Position numbers and translations under genes: made by a program. Positions 1-6,495 of a DNA stretch of 10,271 nucleotides are shown here, piece after piece. The notes under the pieces are model-generated. The model searched no databases and was not told where the DNA came from. It saw nothing but the letters and a program-made list of their open reading frames with translations. The DNA comes from Promethearchaeota archaeon (lineage in GTDB: Archaea; Asgardarchaeota; Lokiarchaeia; Sigyniarchaeales; SOKP01). Numbering within the stretch: position 1 is the first letter of the stretch; every line of letters begins with the position of its first letter. The stretch covers positions 1-10,271 of the forward strand of contig RDOE01000105.1 of the NCBI GenBank assembly GCA_011364975.1, read 5' to 3'.

Positions 1-41
1 ATAATAGGTTCCTTTAATTCTTGGACATTTTCGGAAAACAT
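1..41 (-). CDS. Possible 5' end of a gene running off the left edge (MFSENVQELKEPI...)
   Basis: ATG at 41 (another in-frame ATG at 53), open to the window edge, 27 nt downstream of the TPR stop codon and co-oriented. Only 13 codons are visible. Confidence 0.35.
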   Translation of the reverse strand, partial: MFSENVQELKEPI

Positions 42-68
42 AATTATAATCATTTAATTTTATTTAAT

Positions 69-461
69 TTAAAAGAATGGTCCAAATTTCTCATAAACAC
101 GAATTAAATTATTTCGATAAAACAATATTTTCTCATCTTGAGGATTTAATTCAGCAGCACTATCCATCGTTATTTTAGCTAAATTTCTTTTACCCATGTC
201 CATGTATGTAATAGTTAATAATCCCCATGCTTCTATTAATGAATTATTCAAATCAGCCGCAGTTTCAAAGTATTTTATCGCATCATCCAATTTACCCATC
301 CTTCTGTATATAATCCCTAAGTATAACCATGCATTTTCATTGGTTGGGTCTTTATCAAGCAATTTATTAGCATATAATAGTGCTTTTTCATGATTTTTTT
401 CCTTTAAAAATTGATGCACTGCTTCCAGTAAATTTAGGGTTTCCATTTTATCTAATTCCAT
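69..461 (-). CDS. Small tetratricopeptide-repeat (TPR) protein, about 3 repeats, 130 aa
   Basis: TPR consensus segments: ALLYANKLLDKDPTN, AWLYLGIIYRRMGKLDDAIKYFETAADLN, AWGLLTITYMDMGKRNLAKITMDSAAELNPQD. AGTGAT motif just upstream of the ATG. Confidence 0.9.
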   Translation of the reverse strand: MELDKMETLNLLEAVHQFLKEKNHEKALLYANKLLDKDPTNENAWLYLGIIYRRMGKLDDAIKYFETAADLNNSLIEAWGLLTITYMDMGKRNLAKITMDSAAELNPQDEKILFYRNNLIRVYEKFGPFF

Positions 462-507
462 ATAATATCACTAATTTACTTTCCCTTAGTAACTATCATT
501 GAATATT

Positions 508-540
508 TATACAGTTAATATAATAAAGCTTTTTAAAAAA
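508..540 (-). promoter_or_regulatory. Putative TATA-like promoter region of the TPR gene, overlapping the U-rich end of the upstream gene
   Basis: TTTTTAAAAA at ~530-539 and TATACAGTTAATA at 508-520, an 11/13 match to the palindrome at 3990-4002. Confidence 0.3.
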
Positions 541-589
541 AAGAAATAACGTGTGTATATTACAAAAATGTCGAATAAAGGAGATAAAC

Positions 590-841
590 CTAAAATAGGT
601 CAGGATGCTTTCTTTCAATACTATTTAAGGTTGCGACTAAATCATAGAGGAGATTTTCATCATTGCATTCATTTATTGATTCAGATAATTTATTCAGAAG
701 AACATTAGCTAATCTTTTGTCAGCTAATGAGTATCCACTTTTTTTATTTTGGAATATTTCATCGAATTCTTCTTCAAACCATTTGAGGTGTTCTTTGAAT
801 TCTTCTTTTTGAACCTTGTCGCTATCATAGTTTAGATACAT
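590..841 (-). CDS. Hypothetical small acidic alpha-helical protein (83 aa, MYLNYDSDKVQKEEF...HPDLF)
   Basis: The ORF track starts at TTG 853, but ATG 841 is preceded by GAGGAG four nt upstream and is the likelier start. Amphipathic helical pattern; no family recognised. Confidence 0.8.
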   Translation of the reverse strand: MYLNYDSDKVQKEEFKEHLKWFEEEFDEIFQNKKSGYSLADKRLANVLLNKLSESINECNDENLLYDLVATLNSIERKHPDLF

Positions 842-854
842 ACGTCTCCTCAAC

Positions 855-912
855 TACTATTAGTACTTTGTTACTAAACTACAATATTAATTATAGAACT
901 TATTTAAAAATT
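855..912 (-). promoter_or_regulatory. Putative promoter of the 83-aa gene with short inverted repeats
   Basis: Minus-strand TTTTTAAATA at 910-901; TTAGTA-N6-TACTAA at 860-877; TACTA-T-TAGTA at 855-865. Confidence 0.3.
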
Positions 913-916
913 TAAG

Positions 917-1042
917 CTAGGCTGCCCGTTTTCTAATTTGTCGCGGGACAAACGGGACAAATTTTTGAGTACAAAAATCATAAATACGTCGGAGTTGGAA
1001 GAACTGAAAATGGGTGATTCAAAAGCCCAATTATACTTTTTT
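917..1042 (+). other. GC-enriched structured intergenic element (candidate ncRNA or mobile-element remnant)
   Basis: ~41% GC over 917-1030 (hand count) within very AT-rich flanks. 923-933 pairs with 1006-1016 (11 bp, three G-U on the + strand). Internal hairpins and a T6 tract at 1037-1042. Confidence 0.4.
937..961. repeat. Tandem 9-bp direct repeat CGGGACAAA x2 plus an inverted degenerate copy
   Basis: CGGGACAAA at 944-952 and 953-961; TTTGTCGCG at 937-945 is the reverse complement with one mismatch. Confidence 0.85.
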
Positions 1043-1045
1043 GAG

Positions 1046-1108
1046 AAAAAAATAAAAAAATTTAATTTTATGGTGGTTAAATTTACCAAAAATTTTAATG
1101 AGGTAAAT
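1046..1108 (-). terminator. Probable terminator of the crotonase-fadH transcript
   Basis: Inverted repeat ATTTACC (1081-1087)/GGTAAAT (1102-1108) just after the fadH stop, then a minus-strand T-tract at 1060-1046. Confidence 0.45.
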
Positions 1109-1119
1109 ATGTATATGAC

Positions 1120-3138
1120 TTACTTTTTATCAAGTCCATAAGCAGCTTCAAATCCTTCGTGGATAGCTTCCATCATGGTTCTAGGATTTTTACAATCTCC
1201 AACGCGGTATATTTTATAAGAAGGGCTAGTTTGTTTCAATTTTTCATAGAGGTCACTATTCGGTTCTACTCCTGTAGCTAGAATGACTGTATCAATTCCT
1301 TCAAGTTTTTTCTTTTCACTATTTTGTTCATATTCAATAGTTTTTCCTTCGAATCTCGTAATTTTTGCGTCTAATATAGTGTCTATGCCTAATTTCGTAA
1401 GTTGACCAATCAAAAATCCACGAGTTGTTCTTCCAATGCTCATGCCTAATTTGGGAAGTACATCCATAACAGTTACATTTCTATTGCCCTTTAACCATCT
1501 TTTGAATACTTCTTCTTGAGGTAATAGTTCATAGAAACTAATAAACTTCGCAACTTCTGAATCTAATGCACCTAATTCTGCTGCCCAGATAGCGGTTTCC
1601 ATACCTGTAGCAGACCCCCCTATCACTACTACATTCTTTCCGATAGGGTAATCGCCCTCAAGGATTTTATCTGCTAAATAAATTTCACTTCCTAAGCTCC
1701 CGTCAATTCCAGGAATGTCCGGTATTACATATTTAACACCAGTGGCGAATATTACTGCATCGGGATTATATTTACTAATTAAGTTTGCATCTGCCTCCTT
1801 TCCTAATTCTAAATTAATTCCAAGATGTTCAATCTGAGCGCTATAATATTCCATAATTTCTTTAATATCATGGCGCCCTGGAGGGACCCAAGAGAGATTA
1901 GCTTGACCACCTAACGCATTCTTCTTTTCAATAATAGTAACATTATGTCCAAGAATTTTTGCTACACGAGCTGCTTCTAAACCGCCGGGTCCAGCCCCGA
2001 TTATTAATACATTCATGGGAGTTTCTGTCTTTTTGTCTAAATTTATTTTTCCTTCTCTTGATGCAACATAATTTCTCATACATTCAACCGATTTCCCGGT
2101 AAAGATATGATCAAAACAACCTTGATTACACCCAACACACTTTCTAATATCCCATAATCTGGCCTCTCTTGTTTTTAAGGGTAAATAAGCATCAGCAATA
2201 AGTGCTCTTCCCATACATACCGCATCAGCCATTTGATCTCTTAAAATTTGTTCAGCTACGGTTGGGCTGTTTATTCTATTGCTGGAAAAAACCGGAATAT
2301 TCACACTGTTTCTTATATTTTCAGCTAGATAGGCATAAGCGCCTTGAGGCACCATCATAGGGATTTGAGGAATTCTTGTTTCATGCCATCCGCCAGTTAC
2401 ATTGATATAATCGATTCCTGCGTCCGCATAATGTTTTGCGAAAATTGCACTTTCTTTATAACTATTAGACCCTGGCACGAAATCATCGCCGGCAACTCTC
2501 ATCCCCACTATCATTTTAGCACCAACTCTATCTTTCACCAACTTAATTAACTCAAGTGGATACCGCAACCGGTTTTCTAATGATCCCCCATATTCATCAG
2601 TTCGTTTATTTGTGATTGGACTTAAAAATTGATTTATAAGATAACCAGCACTACCTAACAATTCTACTCCATCAAATCCTGCTTTTAAAGCTCGTTCAGC
2701 CGCTTTTGCATGATTTTCTTGAACAACTTTAATTTCCTCTATGGTTAATTCTTTTGGAACTCTTCTTGTTAAATTAGACATTACAGCTGAAGCAGATACC
2801 ATATCTGGCATCCCTGAATATGCTCCTGCATGGTATAATTGAACGACGGTTTTAGCACCATGCTGATGCATCTCATTTGCAAATTGAGTATATCCCGGAA
2901 TATATTTATCATCATGAATCGCGAACATTGTTGGACCTCCTCCTCTAGGTTCTACTCCTGCTCCACCAATAATTATTAAACCGACTTCACCCTTTGCGCG
3001 TTCCCGATAGAAATTAATTATCTTATCATTTATTCCGCCATCTCGAGAAAAATTCAGTGCCATTGCTGGCATAACAATTCGATTTCTAACCTCAAGATTC
3101 TTTATCTTTAATGGTTCAAACAACTTAACAAATTTCAT
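1120..3138 (-). CDS. fadH: FadH-type 2,4-dienoyl-CoA reductase (FMN TIM barrel, 4Fe-4S, FAD/NAD(P)H domains), 672 aa
   Basis: Old-yellow-enzyme-like N-terminus (LFEPLKI..RNRIVMPAM); GFDGVELLGSAGYLINQFLSP with the catalytic Tyr; GGWHE His motif; CVGCNQGC-x11-C Fe-S motif; IIGAGPGG and VIGGSATG Rossmann motifs; GGTGGAG upstream of the ATG. Confidence 0.88.
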   Translation of the reverse strand: MKFVKLFEPLKIKNLEVRNRIVMPAMALNFSRDGGINDKIINFYRERAKGEVGLIIIGGAGVEPRGGGPTMFAIHDDKYIPGYTQFANEMHQHGAKTVVQLYHAGAYSGMPDMVSASAVMSNLTRRVPKELTIEEIKVVQENHAKAAERALKAGFDGVELLGSAGYLINQFLSPITNKRTDEYGGSLENRLRYPLELIKLVKDRVGAKMIVGMRVAGDDFVPGSNSYKESAIFAKHYADAGIDYINVTGGWHETRIPQIPMMVPQGAYAYLAENIRNSVNIPVFSSNRINSPTVAEQILRDQMADAVCMGRALIADAYLPLKTREARLWDIRKCVGCNQGCFDHIFTGKSVECMRNYVASREGKINLDKKTETPMNVLIIGAGPGGLEAARVAKILGHNVTIIEKKNALGGQANLSWVPPGRHDIKEIMEYYSAQIEHLGINLELGKEADANLISKYNPDAVIFATGVKYVIPDIPGIDGSLGSEIYLADKILEGDYPIGKNVVVIGGSATGMETAIWAAELGALDSEVAKFISFYELLPQEEVFKRWLKGNRNVTVMDVLPKLGMSIGRTTRGFLIGQLTKLGIDTILDAKITRFEGKTIEYEQNSEKKKLEGIDTVILATGVEPNSDLYEKLKQTSPSYKIYRVGDCKNPRTMMEAIHEGFEAAYGLDKK

Positions 3139-3171
3139 AATTTCTCCACCTAATTTATTATTATAGATAAG

Positions 3172-3957
3172 TTATTTTCCTTTAAAAACTGGTTTTCTTT
3201 TTTCTACAAACGCTTTTGCTGCTTCTGTATGATCTTCCGAAGCATAACACTTAGCATTTAATTCAGCTTCCACAGCGAGCATCTCATCGAATACCTTTTC
3301 ATATGCTCTATGTATTGCTTGCTTGGAATAAGATAAAGCTAATGGTGCTTTTTCTGCCAAGTGTTGTGCGAACTCCATAGTTTTTTTCATCAATTCATCC
3401 TGGGGAAATACCTGATTAACCAAACCAATCCTTAATGCTTCCTCAGCATAGATTCGGTTTCCACTGAATATTAATTCCTTCGCTTTATGGACCCCGACAG
3501 CCATTGGTAATAGTAAACTCCCGTTCATATCTGGAATTATCCCCATTCTAATAAAGAACTCACCAAAGCTTGCATTTTCAGAAGCGAAGATAATGTCACA
3601 ACAGAGCGTTAGATTAGTCCCGAATCCTACAGCAACTCCATTAACTGCAGCCACAATTGGTTTATTTAATTTATAGAGATAATAAGGGTGGATAAATTTT
3701 GGTTTTCCCTTCTTATCACCCTTTTTGAAATCTCCACTAGCAAATTCAGTAACATCTGCTCCCGCACAGAAAGCTTTTCCAGCTCCAGTAATTATGACAA
3801 CTCTTACTTCCTCATCATCTTTTGCGGCTTCTAAGCTATCAACTAAATCTCGATTCATTTGTAAGTTAATCGCATTAAGCCGTTCAGGTCGATTTAAGGT
3901 AATTATAGCGATATTTTCTCGCTTTTCGTATAAAATGGTTTCATATTCTGTAATCAT
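3172..3957 (-). CDS. Enoyl-CoA hydratase/isomerase (crotonase) family protein, PaaG-like, 261 aa
   Basis: ITLNRPERLNA, AFCAGAD, KPIVAAVNGVAVGFG, GIIPD and C-terminal AFVEKRKPVFKGK. Ends 33 nt before the fadH start, so probably co-transcribed. Confidence 0.93.
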   Translation of the reverse strand: MITEYETILYEKRENIAIITLNRPERLNAINLQMNRDLVDSLEAAKDDEEVRVVIITGAGKAFCAGADVTEFASGDFKKGDKKGKPKFIHPYYLYKLNKPIVAAVNGVAVGFGTNLTLCCDIIFASENASFGEFFIRMGIIPDMNGSLLLPMAVGVHKAKELIFSGNRIYAEEALRIGLVNQVFPQDELMKKTMEFAQHLAEKAPLALSYSKQAIHRAYEKVFDEMLAVEAELNAKCYASEDHTEAAKAFVEKRKPVFKGK

Positions 3958-3989
3958 ATTTAGTTATCACTTTTCTTTTTTTAATAAAT

Positions 3990-4023
3990 TATACAGTGTA
4001 TATTTAACTTAATACTTTTTAAA
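3990..4023 (-). promoter_or_regulatory. TATA-like box plus palindromic operator-like site upstream of crotonase-fadH
   Basis: Perfect inverted repeat TATACA-G-TGTATA at 3990-4002. Minus-strand TTTAAAAA at 4023-4016 would put an archaeal start site on or near the palindrome. Confidence 0.45.
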
Positions 4024-4160
4024 TATAATCCTTTTTGTTCCCACAACTACCTATTTTAACCTTGTTATAGTTTAAAAAATAAAGATTTAAAGAAATCCTT
4101 GGATTGAATTTAATTTGTTTTCAATTCTTTATATTACCATATATATTTCTATTTAGATTT

Positions 4161-5189
4161 CTAAGTCAATTTAATACGGGGATCAATTATTGCATTTGCA
4201 ATATCTGCAAGTAGGTTGAAAATAAGAACTATTATCGCTAACATAAAAATTAAAGGAATTAGAACTGCATAATCTCCTACTGAAAATGCCCAAGCAAATA
4301 GTTGACCGATTCCTGGTAAATCAAAAGCAACCTCTAATACGATAAACCCAGCAAGTATTTGTGGAAACCCCATTGATATCATATTAATGCATGGTGTTAA
4401 TGCATTTCGTAAAACATGTTTGTTAAGTATCATTTTTTCCGTACAACCTTTTGCAAATGCAGTTCTAATATATTCCTCTTGATATACCCCAATAGTACTT
4501 GACCTAGTGTGTCGAAATATAATCGAGAGTTGATAAACAATCATAGCGGATAACGGAACTACTAAATGATACAGGTAATCTCCCAATATAATCCAATTAC
4601 CTGTAAGGATACAATCAAGTATTCTAGCATTTGTGATTGCTGGGGGATTTCCTACTGTTGAAGATTTATATCCAAATGCGGGAAAGATTCTAATATTTTG
4701 GAATGCTGCCATTTGTGAAAAAAAGATTGCCAACACAAATGGTGGAATGGAAATGCCTAAATAGGTTATAATCCTTGAAATTTTATCTGTGTTTTTCTCA
4801 CGATTAGATCCTGTAAATAACCCCATTTTAATCCCAATAAGAGTGGATAAGATATAACAAATTATTGTTATTTCTAAAGTTCTTGGTAACCGTTGGAAAA
4901 TGATTTCTTTTACATCTGAATCCATTACAACTTTAAATGAGCTCCCCCAATCTCCAGTAAACATGATTTTTATGAAAATTAAAAACTGAATAATTAAAGG
5001 TTGGTCAAACCCTAAAGCATGATATTCTGCATCAATGTCTTCTTGAGTAAATGGTAAGGTTAAGCGTTGGAAAATAATTTCTTCTTCAGGACAAGCTAGT
5101 TTCATAAAAATAAAAGAAATTGCTAACACTCCAATCAAAATAGGTATAGAGATTAATATACGTCTAAGAACATAATTTAGAAGATTTAT
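4161..5189 (-). CDS. dppB: Peptide/nickel ABC transporter permease, DppB/OppB type, copy 2 (342 aa if started at ATA 5189)
   Basis: LGFDQPL..QF, GDWGSS, RLPRTLE, SIPPF, EAA loop QEEYIRTAFAKG, LEVAFDLPGIG, DPRI. The frame stays open 17 codons upstream of the TTG at 5138 (INLLNYVLRRILISIPI), matching the N-terminus of copy 1. Confidence 0.9.
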   Translation of the reverse strand: MNLLNYVLRRILISIPILIGVLAISFIFMKLACPEEEIIFQRLTLPFTQEDIDAEYHALGFDQPLIIQFLIFIKIMFTGDWGSSFKVVMDSDVKEIIFQRLPRTLEITIICYILSTLIGIKMGLFTGSNREKNTDKISRIITYLGISIPPFVLAIFFSQMAAFQNIRIFPAFGYKSSTVGNPPAITNARILDCILTGNWIILGDYLYHLVVPLSAMIVYQLSIIFRHTRSSTIGVYQEEYIRTAFAKGCTEKMILNKHVLRNALTPCINMISMGFPQILAGFIVLEVAFDLPGIGQLFAWAFSVGDYAVLIPLIFMLAIIVLIFNLLADIANAIIDPRIKLT

Positions 5190-5252
5190 AATTGTCCCCC
5201 ATAATTAGGCTTATAGGTTATTAGAAATCAAAATGTAAATGAATTTATAAAC

Positions 5253-6281
5253 TTAATGAAGCCTTATACGAGGATCGGCAATTGAATAAGCGATATCTGC
5301 AATTAAGTTCATTAAAAGAACAATTATTGCAATAAGAAATATAATAGGGATCACCACTGCATAATCGCCACGACGTAAAGCAAGATAAAATAATTCTCCG
5401 ATTCCTGGAAGTTGGAATGCGACTTCTAAAGCTACAAAACCAGCGAATACTTTAGGAAATGAAAAGGAGATCATGGTGATTGAAGGACCAAGAGCATTTT
5501 TAAGCGCATGTTGGTGTATAATCTTTCGATTAGTACACCCTTTCGAATAAGCGGTTCTAATATAATCTTCTTGGAGAACACCAATCATACTTGATCTCGT
5601 ATGACGAAAAATAATCGAAAGTTGAAAAAGAATCATTGCTATCATTGGTATAAAAATATGATAAAGATAATCCCCTAAAATATACCAATTTCCAGTTAAA
5701 ATACAATCAAGAATTCGACCATTAGTAATTGCAGGAGGATTTGGCATTCCTGGAGATTTATATCCCCAAAAAGGAAATAATCTTACATCTTGATAAGCGG
5801 CCATTTGAGAAAAAAAAATGGCTAATACAAATGGAGGGATGGACATTCCAACATAAGTTAATATCCTAATTTTTTTATCTCTAAGCTTATTTCGATTCGC
5901 TCCCGTAATTATACCTAACTTTATTCCAATTAACAAGGAAATTATGTAGGTAATTATTGCTAACTCTAAAGTTCGAGGTAATCGCTGCATTACTATATCT
6001 CTAACACTGGAATCAGCTACAATTATATAGGAATAACCCCAATTTCCTAGAAAGAGATCTTGGACAAATACCAAAAATTGTACAATGAGTGGTTTATCAA
6101 ATCCTAACCGGTGATACTCGAGTTCATACATATCCCAAGTCCATCTCGGTGGTAATCTCTGAGTAACTATTCTTTCTGGAGGGATAGCAAGTCTCATAAG
6201 TATAAATGTAACAGCGATGACACCAATTAAAACAGGGATTGCCACGCAGGCACGTTTAATAATATATTTGACAAGATTCAT
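5253..6281 (-). CDS. dppB: Peptide/nickel ABC transporter permease, DppB/OppB type, copy 1, 342 aa
   Basis: MNLVKYIIKR N-terminus typical of DppB, LGFDKPL..QF, GNWGYS, SIPPF, EAA loop QEDYIRTAYSKG, DPRIR C-terminus. Confidence 0.92.
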   Translation of the reverse strand: MNLVKYIIKRACVAIPVLIGVIAVTFILMRLAIPPERIVTQRLPPRWTWDMYELEYHRLGFDKPLIVQFLVFVQDLFLGNWGYSYIIVADSSVRDIVMQRLPRTLELAIITYIISLLIGIKLGIITGANRNKLRDKKIRILTYVGMSIPPFVLAIFFSQMAAYQDVRLFPFWGYKSPGMPNPPAITNGRILDCILTGNWYILGDYLYHIFIPMIAMILFQLSIIFRHTRSSMIGVLQEDYIRTAYSKGCTNRKIIHQHALKNALGPSITMISFSFPKVFAGFVALEVAFQLPGIGELFYLALRRGDYAVVIPIIFLIAIIVLLMNLIADIAYSIADPRIRLH

Positions 6282-6338
6282 AGAACAAAATTGAAAAGAC
6301 GCAAATAGTTAAAAATTTGAATAACAAAATAAAGGAAA

Positions 6339-6386
6339 ATTTAAAAATCTGATTAAGAAAAAAATTTCTTTTTAAAAAAGAAAAAA
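6339..6386 (-). terminator. U-rich tract, probable terminator downstream of the aldo/keto reductase gene
   Basis: Several minus-strand T-runs, including the A/T inverted repeat TTTCTTTTT-A-AAAAAGAAA at 6365-6383. Confidence 0.35.
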
Positions 6387-6495
6387 TCTTCGTGAAACCC
6401 GACTTTTACGATCTTATAGGTATATTAGCACAATACCATCCTTAAAAAATTACATAGTAGTTTCTGGTAATTTAAAAACATCAACCAAATATAAC

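Noticed and set aside
196-393. + strand 65-aa ORF
   Set aside because: Antisense shadow of the TPR gene with no recognisable motifs.
842-853. TTG start giving an MRRR extension to the small protein
   Set aside because: These codons contain the GAGGAG ribosome-binding motif of the ATG at 841.
1011-1029. Hairpin TGGGTG-ATTCAAA-AGCCCA resembling a tRNA-Sec (UCA) anticodon arm
   Set aside because: No T-arm (GTTCRA), variable arm or acceptor stem follows; downstream is A/T tract.
904-1141. Overlapping short ORFs 904-1089 (-) and 938-1141 (+)
   Set aside because: They run through poly-A/T terminator-like tracts that give F/K-rich low-complexity translations, and lack convincing starts.
2344-2550. 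+ strand 68-aa ORF
   Set aside because: Antisense within the well-supported fadH.
3725-4012. + strand 95-aa ORF
   Set aside because: Antisense shadow of the crotonase gene.
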